The notes under the pieces: generated by a model
What the model was told of the DNA's origin: nothing
Databases searched by the model: none
What the model saw: the letters and a program-made list of their open reading frames with translations, nothing else
Position numbers and translations under genes: made by a program
Origin: Thermoproteota archaeon
GTDB taxonomy: Archaea; Korarchaeota; Korarchaeia; Korarchaeales; Korarchaeaceae
Length of the DNA: 64,000 nucleotides
Reading direction: 5' to 3'
Assembly (NCBI GenBank): GCA_015522685.1
Contig: WALU01000029.1
Location: 2,042 to 66,041 of the forward strand
Part shown: positions 1-10,649 of the stretch, in pieces
Position numbering within the stretch: the stretch's first letter is position 1
Layout: every line of letters starts with the position of its first letter

Positions 1-164
1 CGTGATTTTTCTGCTTAATTCCCTTAATTACTTGATATTTTACCTTTTTCGCTACCAAAGTCCAGAATCGGCATCAGTTAGATAGATTTTTCCATCGGAG
101 CGAGAACTAGAATCAGAAGTAACAAATGAATCGCTGTGGTATACACCCAATTTAAAAATAAAAA

Positions 165-956
165 ATGAAGAGCCATTTAAGGGAGATCCTTTTGGATGTC
201 ATAGCATGTGTCAAGCTTGTTTATGATGAGGCACAAATTCCAGTTGAAGATGGAAATCTTCTAATAGAGCAGGCTCCTGTCAAGATCAGCGATGCTGATT
301 TAAATGCACTAGAGGAAGCTGCTCAGATAAAGGAGAGAGAAGAAGGTAATGTTACAGCTATAGTTGTTTTGACAGGCCCCTTTGATGAAGCAGTTTTGAA
401 TGAGGTATTGGCCATGAACGTTGATAGGATTATCATCGTAGAAGGCAAGGAGGTCAGAGGACATAACCCTTACAGAACGGCTCAAGCCATAAGCAAGGTC
501 ATACAGAGAGAGAACATCAATTATGATATTATACTATGCGGGGAGGGAACTTCTGATCAGTACAGCTGTGCTTTACCTGCAATAGTAGGGGAAATGCTGT
601 CCATTCCGGTAATAACATTTGCTGGTAGGTTAGAAATTAATAAAGGCAGAATAAGAGCTGAGAGATATCTAGAAAGCGGGTTTGAGGTAGTAGAAGCTCC
701 ATTACCTGCAGTTGCTTCAGTAACTCCTGAGATAAATGAGCCCAGAATTCCAACAGTGCTGCAAATCATGAAAGCCAAAAAGAAGGAGAAAACCAAGGTA
801 AAGGCTTCAGATCTTGATCTAAACTATCCAGACATTGAATTAATTGACATGAAAGCGTATATGAGAGAGAGATTGAGACAAAGAATTGAAGGCGACATGA
901 ATAAGGCTATTGGTAAGATAATGAGGGTATTTGAGGAGAAAGGGGTGATAAGATGA
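165..956 (+). CDS. etfB: Electron transfer flavoprotein beta subunit (FixA/EtfB)
   Basis: D-NALE(E)A motif, G-x-x-TSD...LP, EPRIPT...IMKAKKK; stop overlaps the etfA start. Confidence 0.92.
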   Translation: MKSHLREILLDVIACVKLVYDEAQIPVEDGNLLIEQAPVKISDADLNALEEAAQIKEREEGNVTAIVVLTGPFDEAVLNEVLAMNVDRIIIVEGKEVRGHNPYRTAQAISKVIQRENINYDIILCGEGTSDQYSCALPAIVGEMLSIPVITFAGRLEINKGRIRAERYLESGFEVVEAPLPAVASVTPEINEPRIPTVLQIMKAKKKEKTKVKASDLDLNYPDIELIDMKAYMRERLRQRIEGDMNKAIGKIMRVFEEKGVIR

Positions 957-1843
957 GAGCATTGTTGTTTTCTGACCCTTCTAACCTACCTAAGCTAGTT
1001 TCCGCTTCTAAGGATATAGCCGAGGAGATTCATGCAATCACATGGGAAAAGATAGCTGTACCTGTCGATAGACTTGAAGTAATTAAGGGAGCTTTAGTCA
1101 ATGATTGTTGGGTTTCGCAGCTCCATGAAGAGATAAAAACTTTCGATTTAATGCTGATGCCAGCTACAAGAGATTCAAAAGAGATAGCCTCCAGACTTGC
1201 CGCTAAAAGGGGATTACCCTACATCTCTGGAGCCCTTAGCTTGAAGGCAAGCGATGGTCTACTCACTACTAGAGTGGTATTCGGTGGTAGGGGCATAGAA
1301 GAGCTGAAAATTTCCATGCCAGCAGTGATAACAGTCAATTTAGATGTATACGAACCCTCTTTCGGCGAGCCAAAGTCTGTAGAGGAGAGAAAAATTGAAT
1401 GCTCCTCTAAAATCTCATCAATAAAGGAAAGAGAAAGAAAGACAGATGTCGATCTTACCAAAGCTCAGGTCATAATCTCTGTTGGTAGGGGACTTAAAAA
1501 GAAGGAGGACCTATCAATGATAAAGGAATTGGCGTCCCTATTAGGAGCAGAAATATCATGCACAAGGCCTATCTCCGCTGATCTTAAATGGCTTCCCGAA
1601 GAAAGACATGTTGGTATGACAGGAGTTAAGGTGAAACCGAAGATATATCTAGCTTTGGGTATATCTGGACAGATACAACATGCAGTAGGCTTTAGAGATG
1701 CGGACACCGTAATAGCAGTAAATACTGATCCAGATGCACCTATATCAGAGATAAGTGACTATTTCATAGTAGAAAATCTATATGAGTTCGTTCCAAAGCT
1801 AATTAAGGCAATCAGAGAAAAGAGAAAAGAGAAAAGTAATTAA
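953..1843 (+). CDS. etfA: Electron transfer flavoprotein alpha subunit (FixB/EtfA)
   Basis: VSVGRG, TRP, HVGMTG..VKPKIYLALGISGQIQH..G, AVNTDPDAPI FAD-binding motifs. Confidence 0.93.
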   Translation: MRALLFSDPSNLPKLVSASKDIAEEIHAITWEKIAVPVDRLEVIKGALVNDCWVSQLHEEIKTFDLMLMPATRDSKEIASRLAAKRGLPYISGALSLKASDGLLTTRVVFGGRGIEELKISMPAVITVNLDVYEPSFGEPKSVEERKIECSSKISSIKERERKTDVDLTKAQVIISVGRGLKKKEDLSMIKELASLLGAEISCTRPISADLKWLPEERHVGMTGVKVKPKIYLALGISGQIQHAVGFRDADTVIAVNTDPDAPISEISDYFIVENLYEFVPKLIKAIREKRKEKSN

Positions 1844-3042
1844 TCCTCCAGTGGTTTCCCTCCTAATATCTTAATGGCGTCGTCCACTCCTCCTTTAGGA
1901 CCTGTCAGTATTAATATATCCCCTTCTCTCAATATTTCACTATCTTTCGGTGCATATATCCATCTTATTCCTCTTTTAATGGCTAGAATCCATATTCCTG
2001 TCTTCTCCTCCAGATCTAAGTCCCCAATTCTCCTTCCAATGGCATCACTCTTCTCACTAAGTGATATTCTCACTACAGTATCTTTACTTTCCTCCACAAC
2101 TATCTCAAGCACTGGGTGAGCTGGTATGCCTCGTTCTACAAGAAGCGCCATCCTTAAAGCAGCATCACCTAGTTTTTCTGATGCAGATGCTGCTCTTAGT
2201 ATCGGTATAAGCTCCTTAGGCCTCGAATTAGGCATGAGTCCACTAATGGCACTTATGAACAGGTCATCCTCAAGCTCATCCAGCTCGGATTCCAATCTAG
2301 AAACTTCAGCAGCCATCGTCGGGTTGTTATATAGGAGAGAGGCGTAAGCCAGGTATATAGATAGCTCGGAGAGACTTTTCATGCTGTTCAGCCTCTCCGC
2401 TATTTCCCTAGAATGCTCATCTACATTTTCTAGGGGTTTTTCTGGCAGAATAAATTTCTTATTCTCTCCTCTAGCTAGGGACTTGGCTGTTTCTATGCTA
2501 TCCTTGGTTCCCTCCAGGAGGAGAATATCTCCTGCTTCAAGCTCCAAGTTCGGTGGTATATCAAATATCCACTTTCCCTTCTTTTTAATAGCCAAGACAT
2601 CGCAGCCAGATATATTCGCAGGATCGTAAAACTCTTTACCTCTCATCGATATTAGAGGAGAAGATCCCTCCACTCTAACGAGACCTATTATTTCCTCAGC
2701 CGTGTAAAGCATCCAACTAAGTGCTGGATGGACAGGATACCCTCTTAAGACGAGCCTCACTAGGTCAGCCATTGCATCACTTATCTCATCGACAGCTATG
2801 CCTATATCTAGCAAAGCTGCCAACTCTTCCGCTTCCTTTGGAGACCTGCTTGCCATTATAGTCATCTTAAATAGGTTGTATCTAAGCTCATCCAGCTCAG
2901 ATTCGAGTCCCATAACTTCCTCGGCCAGCTCTCTATCTTGATACATGAGAGAGGCGTAAGCCAGGCTGGCTGCGAATTCGGAAGCATCTTTCATCTCAAT
3001 AAGTATATCACGGACGCTCATAGGCTCGTTCTCTGATGCCAT
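1840..3042 (-). CDS. Potassium-channel-associated protein with tandem PhoU-like + TrkA-C (RCK_C) units
   Basis: Two repeats of (MK..SE....LAY.SL.Y...A.EV..LE.ELD.L) followed by (ILAIK.G..WI..P....L..GDIL). Confidence 0.75.
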   Translation of the reverse strand: MASENEPMSVRDILIEMKDASEFAASLAYASLMYQDRELAEEVMGLESELDELRYNLFKMTIMASRSPKEAEELAALLDIGIAVDEISDAMADLVRLVLRGYPVHPALSWMLYTAEEIIGLVRVEGSSPLISMRGKEFYDPANISGCDVLAIKKKGKWIFDIPPNLELEAGDILLLEGTKDSIETAKSLARGENKKFILPEKPLENVDEHSREIAERLNSMKSLSELSIYLAYASLLYNNPTMAAEVSRLESELDELEDDLFISAISGLMPNSRPKELIPILRAASASEKLGDAALRMALLVERGIPAHPVLEIVVEESKDTVVRISLSEKSDAIGRRIGDLDLEEKTGIWILAIKRGIRWIYAPKDSEILREGDILILTGPKGGVDDAIKILGGKPLED

Positions 3043-3067
3043 TTCCCTTATTTCTCAGAAGTTTAGA

Positions 3068-4456
3068 TTAAAAATTTGATTCGTCCACATCATCCTGTCC
3101 TAAGTACTCTCCTGTGGTGATCTCTATCATCTCCAGTGGTATCTTACCGGGATTAAGGAGCTTATAAGACGATCCAACAGCTATCTGAAGTCCATTTCCT
3201 CTAGTTACTATTCTTTCTTTATTATTGATGAATATCTTTGCCGTTCCACTCAATACCTGCCAGTAAATGCTCCTATGATAATGCCTCCTAGGTCCGAACC
3301 CTTTTCCTGGATAGATTTTGACCCTCTTAGCCTCATAACCATCTCCCCTAAGCAAGGTAGTGGAGAGTCCCCAGTGCTCATAGATTACTCGATGCCTGAT
3401 AGCCTCTGGAACTTTTTCTTTAATCAGTCTCTCAATGAGGCCCTTGAGATCCTGACCGCTACCCTTGGGCATTACCAGAATGGCATCTTCATCGTCCACG
3501 ACTATCATATCTCTCACATTTACTAGAGCCACGAGCCTCTTCGAGAGGACCAAGTTTCTCCTTGAATTAGCTAGCATAACCCTTCCGCTCAGGGCGTTTT
3601 CCCTTTCATCCTTGCTCAGAAGCTCGTAGACCGATTCAAAGCTTCCGAGATCGCTCCACCCTAAATTTATAGTAGGTATTATGGTTAACTGGCTTGGTAC
3701 CTTGGATAGAGTACCTGAGCTTATATCTACCTTCTCCACGCTCATATAGGCCTCTTTAACATTATTTATCCTTTTAAGTGGCTCTGTAACTCCTGGAAGG
3801 GTTTTCTCTATTAGATTAAGCATATGAGATGCCTTGAATGACATTATCATTGTGCTCCAGTACCATCCACCTCCTCTTACCATCTCTAATACCTTTTCCC
3901 TTCCAGGCTTCTCCACGAATCTTTCAACGGAGTATATGCCTTCTTCCAACTTCTTTCCTGCCTTTATATAACCAAAACCTAGCTCGGGCTTAGATGGAGA
4001 TACCGAAACTAAGCCTACCTTATCGAGATCTGCTGATCTCTGAGCAAGATTTACTGCCTTAAAGAGTTCAGACTCATTAAGGATCATATGGTCAGATGGG
4101 AGGACGGTTACTAAAGCATCTTCCAAGTTAAACCTATCCTTTAGGGAAGATAGGCTGTAGTAAATTGCTGGAGCTGTATCTCTTCTAGCCGGTTCAAGCA
4201 CGAGGTTTTTCTCCCCTAAGTCTACTCCTATTTCTCTAGCTTGACCAATCGCTTGATATTTGTACATCTCTGATGTGACAACAACGGTTTCATCAGCTAG
4301 AATGCTAGCTCGTTTGAGTGACTGCTGATATGTAGAGAGATCTCCTACTATCTTTGTGAACTGTTTAGGATGCTCTTTTCTACTAAGAGGCCAAAGCCTT
4401 GTGCCAAAACCTCCTGCTAGGATCATAGATATCTTCTTAATATCCATAGTGCTCAT
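3068..4456 (-). CDS. manC: Mannose-1-phosphate guanylyltransferase / mannose-6-phosphate isomerase (cupin C-terminus)
   Basis: ILAGGFGTRLWPLSR..PKQF, EP..RDTAPA, LPSDH, FVEKP, WSDLGSF; C-terminal cupin with GEYLGQDD. Confidence 0.88.
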   Translation of the reverse strand: MSTMDIKKISMILAGGFGTRLWPLSRKEHPKQFTKIVGDLSTYQQSLKRASILADETVVVTSEMYKYQAIGQAREIGVDLGEKNLVLEPARRDTAPAIYYSLSSLKDRFNLEDALVTVLPSDHMILNESELFKAVNLAQRSADLDKVGLVSVSPSKPELGFGYIKAGKKLEEGIYSVERFVEKPGREKVLEMVRGGGWYWSTMIMSFKASHMLNLIEKTLPGVTEPLKRINNVKEAYMSVEKVDISSGTLSKVPSQLTIIPTINLGWSDLGSFESVYELLSKDERENALSGRVMLANSRRNLVLSKRLVALVNVRDMIVVDDEDAILVMPKGSGQDLKGLIERLIKEKVPEAIRHRVIYEHWGLSTTLLRGDGYEAKRVKIYPGKGFGPRRHYHRSIYWQVLSGTAKIFINNKERIVTRGNGLQIAVGSSYKLLNPGKIPLEMIEITTGEYLGQDDVDESNF

Positions 4457-4796
4457 AGACTACCAGTTATCCTCACAATTAATACCTATAAAGGAGCTGT
4501 TAACTTTTTGTATCCTTCATATGAGTAGTTATATATAAATGTTTTAAATGCATACTTCGGATAATATTTAGCTATATTCCCATTAATAATTTTATCTTCA
4601 ATTTTCATATGATTAATGTTATTATATGATAATAAAACAAGATATAGGATATTATAATGCCAAGGGCGACCTTCATTTATGCAAACAATTCATTCGCTGC
4701 TATCATTATGGAGAGAGCAGAAACGAGGTGAGGAAGAGCTAAAAGTTGTTATGAAAAGCTCACGTGTGATGTCGGCACCTAAGGTGTTATAGATGG

Positions 4797-5005
4797 ATGG
4801 ACTCTCTTGAATTGGCACTAAAGCTTGTTGGAGAGATAGTGGACATAGTGAGAAAACTTAGAGATGAGCAGAACAGAATGTCCACATGTCTTTGAAAGTA
4901 GCTGATTTTGGATATATTTTAGAGCAGAGAAGGATAGTTCTGTTTGGAGCCAAGGAAGAGTTAGATAAGATTAGGAAAATAGGAGAAGCATATCTGAGCA
5001 TGTAA
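4797..5005 (+). pseudogene. Two short overlapping protein-like ORFs (4797-4895, 4886-5005); possible frameshifted remnant
   Basis: MDSLELALKLVGEIVDIVRKLRDEQ.. then MSLKVADFGYILEQRRIVLFGAKEELDKIRKIGEAYLSM in a shifted frame; family not recognised. Confidence 0.3.
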
Positions 5006-5140
5006 TCTCCTCTTTTCTTTCCTCTATAGCGTTCCCTTTATATCCCTCTCACGTCAGTCCTGTTTAGATATGATTTACCGCTAATGTTGATTTAAGCTCT
5101 TGGAAAGATATATTACATTTTTATAGGAATTGAAAGATAT

Positions 5141-6031
5141 ATGAGAATAGTAAGTTTTTGGGGGAAAGGAGGAGTAGGAAAAACAACATGCTCTGCTTCT
5201 ATAGCTGCTGGTCTCTCTGAGCTAGAAAATAGAAAAGTTCTTCTCGTGACCACAGATCCAACACCTACATTATCAGATGTGCTAGGTGTTAATATAGGGC
5301 CAAGACCTAGGAAGGTTAATGGATTCACCAGTCTTTATGCGATGGAAATAGATGAGGAAACTGTGATCAATGAATGGAAGGAGAGATTCGGTGGCGAAGT
5401 TTATGGAGTTCTTTCATCATTTCTGCCAGTTGAAAGGGACGTAATAGATTATATATCGAGAGCTCCGGGCATTGCTGACCAGTTCGTGCTTTACGTTTTG
5501 TATAGGATATGGAAGAGACAGGGATATGACTTTGTAGTATGGGATACTCCTGCTTCTAGTGGAAGTATAAGACTCCTTAGGATCGAAGAAGAATTCTATT
5601 CTCATCTCGGGGACGCTATTAAGATGTACCTTAGACTGAGAGGGTTCCTTGAGAAGATGAGGAGGGAAGAGAAAGATCCCCTTCGCCTAATAGAGGAGTG
5701 GAGGGAACTGGCTAGAAGTATTTTTGATATATTGACATCCAGTGAACATTCTCTCTATCTCATTTCCATTCCAGAGAGGGTTTCTTATCTTATAACTAAG
5801 CGACTTTATGATGAATTGACGGAATTTGGAATAAATATACAGGCTATTATAGTTAATAGACTAATAAGAAAGTGTAATTGCCTTAAAAATATGAGAGAGA
5901 TCCATCTGAAGGTATTGAAAGAGTTTAAGGCTAACTTTGAAAGAGTACATGTGATAGAAAATGAAGATTATGAGCCCATTGGAAAAGATGGACTCCTGAA
6001 ATTTTACGGTCATTTAGGGGGATTACTATGA
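5141..6031 (+). CDS. ArsA/GET3-family ATPase (single domain)
   Basis: Deviant Walker A GKGGVGKTT, TTDP, VVWDTP..G.IRLL, PE..S. Confidence 0.85.
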   Translation: MRIVSFWGKGGVGKTTCSASIAAGLSELENRKVLLVTTDPTPTLSDVLGVNIGPRPRKVNGFTSLYAMEIDEETVINEWKERFGGEVYGVLSSFLPVERDVIDYISRAPGIADQFVLYVLYRIWKRQGYDFVVWDTPASSGSIRLLRIEEEFYSHLGDAIKMYLRLRGFLEKMRREEKDPLRLIEEWRELARSIFDILTSSEHSLYLISIPERVSYLITKRLYDELTEFGINIQAIIVNRLIRKCNCLKNMREIHLKVLKEFKANFERVHVIENEDYEPIGKDGLLKFYGHLGGLL

Positions 6032-6204
6032 GTAAGGATCAAGCTTATCTGATATGGAGCTTTCTCGTCCTAGCTCTTTCGTATTCAGTACCCTACTTCC
6101 TGCTTGAGGATTGTAAATCTCTAATCCTTTACGCCTTCTGGCTGGTGCTCACAGTCACCCACTTTGTTGTTTCTCTAGTCTATCTCAAGGGGCGGGAGTT
6201 ATGA
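6028..6204 (+). CDS. Small two-helix membrane protein (58 aa), probable accessory subunit of the sodium:solute symporter; absent from the ORF track
   Basis: MSKDQAYLIWSFLVLALSYSVPYFLLEDCKSLILYAFWLVLTVTHFVVSLVYLKGREL; ATGA overlaps at both ends. Confidence 0.7.
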   Translation: MSKDQAYLIWSFLVLALSYSVPYFLLEDCKSLILYAFWLVLTVTHFVVSLVYLKGREL

Positions 6205-7628
6205 ATGAGCTCTTAGCTGCTATATTAGCGCTTGCTTTATACTTAGCAATAGGAACGATCATAGCTCTCATATCCCGCAGAATGGGTATAAAGACCACTA
6301 GCGACTACTATGTGGCTGGTTACAAGCTTGGAGGAATAATAGCTGCGATATCGTATGCAGCCACGACGTATTCGGCTTTCATGATGGTAGGATTGGTTGG
6401 CCTGACATATAAAACTGGAGTTGGAGCCTTTGGCTTTGAGATAACCTACCTCCTTGCAACTATATTCATTCTAAGCTATGCAGCTCCCAAGGTTTGGAAG
6501 CTAGCGAGGGAGAGAGAATGGATTAGTCCTGCCGAGATGGTCGGAGATCTCTACGGATTCAAGTCGCTGGCAGTACTGGTGGCTCTAATGTATCTCATTG
6601 CTCTTATACCCTATGCATCTGCCCAACTGATTGCGGTTGGTAGAATGGTTGAAGGAATGACAAGCGGTTTATATTGGCTAGGAATAGTGATAGGCGTTGT
6701 CGCTGCGCTCATATGGACTGGCCTGTCTGGAATGTGGAGCCTCGCATCAACAGATCTTTACCAAGGTACCTGGATGATAGCTGCAGCTATTATATTTATT
6801 GCGTGGCTTTTTCTATGGGGAGGAACTGATATCTCAAGAGGAGTGACTTCTCTGGGCAAATCAGGTCTTCTAGGGATGAGTTGGTCCCCTTTGGTATTCG
6901 TTTCTTATACCATTCCTTGGATATTCTTTGCCATAACCAATCCTCAAGTAGTTCAGAAGGTTTACACACCTAGAGATGAGAAAGCTCTTAGGAGGATGGT
7001 CTCCCTCTTCGCCATATTTGGTCTTACATATACTGTCATAGTTACTCTTGTGGGGCTAGTCAGCAGGTCATTAACCGCTGCCGGTAAGCTTTCATTAGTG
7101 ACGATAGGAGATCAGGTCACTCCTCTCCTCCTATCATATGCACCCCTGCCTCTAGCAGTGTTCGTATTTACATCAATAGTGGCAGCAGCCATGACTACGA
7201 TGGATGCAATAATTCTAAGCCTTGCATCAACTATCTCGAGAGATATGTATCAGGGATACTTAAAGGGATCTGATAGAAAGGCCATAACATTAGGGAGATT
7301 ATCTATACTAGCTCTTCTCCTCGTACTGAGCTACGTGGCCTACATGAAGATAGGGTTCATTGTAGATCTATCCGTTTTGGCATCAGCCCTTCTCCTTCCG
7401 CTAGCCCCTGTGACCTTAATAGGCTGGTATACAGGTAAGAGGTTCGGAAAAATTGGTGGATATTCCGCTGAGGCATCCCTCATTTCCGGATTCGCTATAG
7501 GTCTTTACTGGGCCCTCATCCATGGAGCAAGAAAATCTTTAGTTACTCCAATCTTTGGAATCCCAACAACCCTCTTTATACTAATGGTCTCAACTGTAAT
7601 AGCATTGCTTCCCTTGGCTAAGAGGTAA
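6201..7628 (+). CDS. Sodium:solute symporter family permease
   Basis: DYYVAG..LG, ATTYSAF...G..G, SIVAAAMTTMD..ILS.AS..SRD; many TM helices. Confidence 0.9.
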   Translation: MNELLAAILALALYLAIGTIIALISRRMGIKTTSDYYVAGYKLGGIIAAISYAATTYSAFMMVGLVGLTYKTGVGAFGFEITYLLATIFILSYAAPKVWKLAREREWISPAEMVGDLYGFKSLAVLVALMYLIALIPYASAQLIAVGRMVEGMTSGLYWLGIVIGVVAALIWTGLSGMWSLASTDLYQGTWMIAAAIIFIAWLFLWGGTDISRGVTSLGKSGLLGMSWSPLVFVSYTIPWIFFAITNPQVVQKVYTPRDEKALRRMVSLFAIFGLTYTVIVTLVGLVSRSLTAAGKLSLVTIGDQVTPLLLSYAPLPLAVFVFTSIVAAAMTTMDAIILSLASTISRDMYQGYLKGSDRKAITLGRLSILALLLVLSYVAYMKIGFIVDLSVLASALLLPLAPVTLIGWYTGKRFGKIGGYSAEASLISGFAIGLYWALIHGARKSLVTPIFGIPTTLFILMVSTVIALLPLAKR

Positions 7629-8009
7629 TTGCATATGGAAGTTGGTCTGAAGGGCGAGTTCAAGTACCTAATTGATGAAAAGATGGATGCCAGACATCTT
7701 AAGGTGAAGGTTCTCTCAACTCCTAGCTTAGTTTCTTTAATGGAGATCTCTTGCCATAGATCTATAGAGAAATATCTAGGAGAAGGAGAGACCACCGTAG
7801 GTACTTACATATGCATTCATCATAGGGCACCTACTCCTGTAGGTGAGAATGTAAGGATCAACACGAAGCTTGTGAAAGTTGAAGGAAGGAAGCTAGTGTT
7901 CAAGGTAGCCGCTTATTGGAGAGGGAAGTTAATAGGCAGTGGAGAGCACCATCGCTTTATAATTAATGAGGAGAGCTTTGCCAAGAAGATTAAGGAGGAA
8001 GTTTCTTGA
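7629..8009 (+). CDS. Hot-dog-fold thioesterase (fluoroacetyl-CoA thioesterase FlK-like); start may be ATG 7635
   Basis: VLSTPSLV.LME, TTVGT.I.I.H.APTPVG, GEH.RFII. Confidence 0.85.
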   Translation: MHMEVGLKGEFKYLIDEKMDARHLKVKVLSTPSLVSLMEISCHRSIEKYLGEGETTVGTYICIHHRAPTPVGENVRINTKLVKVEGRKLVFKVAAYWRGKLIGSGEHHRFIINEESFAKKIKEEVS

Positions 8010-8692
8010 AGCTTGGTAAAGAAATACTGAGAAGGCTTCAAGAGACTTTAGAGTTCAGAGAGAATGAGTTTGTCTCTCTAGTGGCTAATAAATCAGGAAA
8101 TCCCTTTGAGGTGCTGGTGGCGACGATAATATCGCAGAATACAAATGATAGAAATACAATAAAAGCGATGAATAGACTGAAGACCTTGTTAGGTAGAGTA
8201 GACCCTGAGAAGATAGAGGAGCTCCCACTTAAGAAATTGGAGGAGATTTTGAAGCCAGCTGGCCTATACAGACAAAAAGCTAAGGTAATAAAGGAAGCAG
8301 CATCTTTTCTAAAGGAAGGAAAGCTAAATAGAATTCTGAGGATAGAAAATTTGGAGGAAGCTAGGAAGGAACTTATGAGTCTCCCTGGAGTTGGACCCAA
8401 GACAGCAGATGTAGTTCTTAGCCTTACATCCAGTAAGCCAACTATAGCTGTAGACAGGCATATAGCGAGGATATCCCTGAGACTCGGCTTGGTGAAAAAT
8501 GACAATTATAATGATATAAGAAATGCTCTTATATCTCTTTTTTGTTCTGAGGACTATCTTAAAGCTCATTTGCTCCTTATAAAGTTGGGAAGGACTTATT
8601 GCAGGCCAAAGAATCCTAAGTGTGATAAGTGTCCCCTCAGAGATTTATGTGAGTATGCAAGGAAATCTGGGAGAGCTGGGAAATCCAAGTGA
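8006..8692 (+). CDS. nth: Endonuclease III
   Basis: LVATIISQNT.D, HhH LPGVGPKTADVV, VDRH, 4Fe-4S cluster C-x6-C-x2-C-x5-C. Confidence 0.92.
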   Translation: MKLGKEILRRLQETLEFRENEFVSLVANKSGNPFEVLVATIISQNTNDRNTIKAMNRLKTLLGRVDPEKIEELPLKKLEEILKPAGLYRQKAKVIKEAASFLKEGKLNRILRIENLEEARKELMSLPGVGPKTADVVLSLTSSKPTIAVDRHIARISLRLGLVKNDNYNDIRNALISLFCSEDYLKAHLLLIKLGRTYCRPKNPKCDKCPLRDLCEYARKSGRAGKSK

Positions 8693-8699
8693 ACCTGAA

Positions 8700-10610
8700 T
8701 TACATACGTTCCGGCCTAGGAACACCTATTAGATCCAGAGCCTTACCCAGAACTCCTTTAACTCCCTGAACCAGTTTTATTCTAGCCTCCTTAATATCTC
8801 TAGGTGCGTTGAGAACTGGATGTCCCTCGTAAAACTTGTTAAATAGAGAAGCTAGATCATTAGCGTATTGAGATATAAGATCAGGCCTCATTAGTAAATA
8901 GGAACTCTGAATTCTCTCTGGGAAATTAGCAAGCATGTATATGAGTTCTATTTCTAGCTCCGATTTCAATTTTGATGGATCGTATGTTCCAGGGATTTGC
9001 TTTACTTTCTTCAATATATTATATGCTCTAGTGTAGGAGTACTGAACGAAAGGCCCGCTATTAGTTTCAAAGTCGAGAACCCTCTCCCACCTGAATTGAA
9101 CTACCTTCATGGGTGATACATTAATTAGAGCATACTTAAGAGCACCAACAGCTACCTTTTCCGCTATCTTATCTACCTCTTCCTCCTCTTTTATTCCTCT
9201 CCTAGCAAGTATATTGAGGACTTTCCTTTTAGCTTCATCTAGCAGATCATCTAGTGTTATATACACTGCCCTTCTCCCGGACATCTTCACTCCTATAAGA
9301 TTCACCATTTCATATGGTAGGTGAATTAAGAAATTCGGATCATATCCCATCAAAGCCAGACTGGCTCTGACTTCCCTCTGCTCAAGGGTCTGCTCCGTTG
9401 CTATGACGTTATAGCATCTATTAGCATTAGTCGATATCTTGTATAGAGAGTACGCCACATCTGTGCCGGTGTAGAGCCATGTACCGTCAGACCTCGTTAG
9501 ATAAAATCTTGGGGGAATGATCTCGTTGAGTTTCTCTTGAGATATCAATAAGTCCAGATGCTCCTTTGCGATTCCAAATACCTTCCTTATATTTTCTCTC
9601 TCTCTTACTGCTCTATTAAGATCTATATAGATGGCATCTCCTTCCCTTTCTAAGTAACCAGATTCTTTGAGCCTCTCAAGCGCTTTTAATACCCAGCTAT
9701 TCCATATAAGCTCGCTCTCCCAATCGAACTGGTCATATGTTATACCCATCCTTCTTAGGGTCTCAATGAATCCATTGAGTACAGATTCAGCTACATCCCT
9801 GAATAGGAGCTTAGTTTTCTCATCCCTCCTTTGATACCTCTTTAAAAGATCCATCACATAATCTTCCGTTATCTCCTTTACTCCTTCAGCTATTTGAGGA
9901 TCTTGTGTCCTTACCCTCTCGATGGTCTCCTTCCACTCATTTATGGGTTCCCCTTCCTCAGCAATTCCTTTTCTTATCTTCCACAGTTCCAGGACTGCAT
10001 TGGCCATAGCATATATTAGTCCATACCAATGATCCTTCTTACTCTTAGGCTTTAGCTTCTTTACCTTCGATCTCCCAGCCGCTAGTATAGCCACCTGCAA
10101 ATTGCAATCATTCACCAAGTAGTGCCTCTTAACATCCCATCCTAGATAATCCAAGATTCTAGCGAAAGAATCACCTATTATCGCGTTTCTACCACTGCCG
10201 ACGTGTAAGGGATGGACTGGGTTAACGCTCGTATGCTCCACCATTACTGTAACATTTTTTCTAACTCCTTTTCCAAGTTCTTCCTTTCCAGCTAGATCTA
10301 AAACGTCCCTAAAAAGCGCATCTCTTTCTATCACTACGTTCAGATACCCTCCGATGGTAATGAGTTTTGAGGCATAAGGAATTTTGCTTAGATCTATTGA
10401 TCCTGCTATCAACTTTGCTGCTTCTTTCGGCTTCTTATTTAGGTCTTTTGCGGCTTTAAATCCTACGGGAAGACCAAAGGATTTCTTATCCTTTGGCGAT
10501 CTTGCTACCTGAAGCAGGTTAAATGAGAGGGGAGATCCAAGTTGAGAAAGGACTCTATTGACCTCATGAGCGAATTCGTACTTGAAGGAGCCTAAGGGAT
10601 CTGTAGTCAT
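8700..10610 (-). CDS. argS: Arginine--tRNA ligase; probable start ATG 10610 rather than 10658
   Basis: VEHTSVNP.HPLHVGS.RN (HIGH), KMSGR (KMSKS), GPFVQYSY.R anticodon-domain motif. Confidence 0.95.
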   Translation of the reverse strand: MTTDPLGSFKYEFAHEVNRVLSQLGSPLSFNLLQVARSPKDKKSFGLPVGFKAAKDLNKKPKEAAKLIAGSIDLSKIPYASKLITIGGYLNVVIERDALFRDVLDLAGKEELGKGVRKNVTVMVEHTSVNPVHPLHVGSGRNAIIGDSFARILDYLGWDVKRHYLVNDCNLQVAILAAGRSKVKKLKPKSKKDHWYGLIYAMANAVLELWKIRKGIAEEGEPINEWKETIERVRTQDPQIAEGVKEITEDYVMDLLKRYQRRDEKTKLLFRDVAESVLNGFIETLRRMGITYDQFDWESELIWNSWVLKALERLKESGYLEREGDAIYIDLNRAVRERENIRKVFGIAKEHLDLLISQEKLNEIIPPRFYLTRSDGTWLYTGTDVAYSLYKISTNANRCYNVIATEQTLEQREVRASLALMGYDPNFLIHLPYEMVNLIGVKMSGRRAVYITLDDLLDEAKRKVLNILARRGIKEEEEVDKIAEKVAVGALKYALINVSPMKVVQFRWERVLDFETNSGPFVQYSYTRAYNILKKVKQIPGTYDPSKLKSELEIELIYMLANFPERIQSSYLLMRPDLISQYANDLASLFNKFYEGHPVLNAPRDIKEARIKLVQGVKGVLGKALDLIGVPRPERM

Positions 10611-10649
10611 CTCTTTATTGACATGTCTTTTATTTAAAATGGTGGTGAG

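Noticed and set aside
60-150. DGKIYLTDADSGLW on the minus strand, resembling an LVIVD-repeat C-terminus
   Set aside because: About 30 aa only, no start, and it overlaps the etfB promoter.
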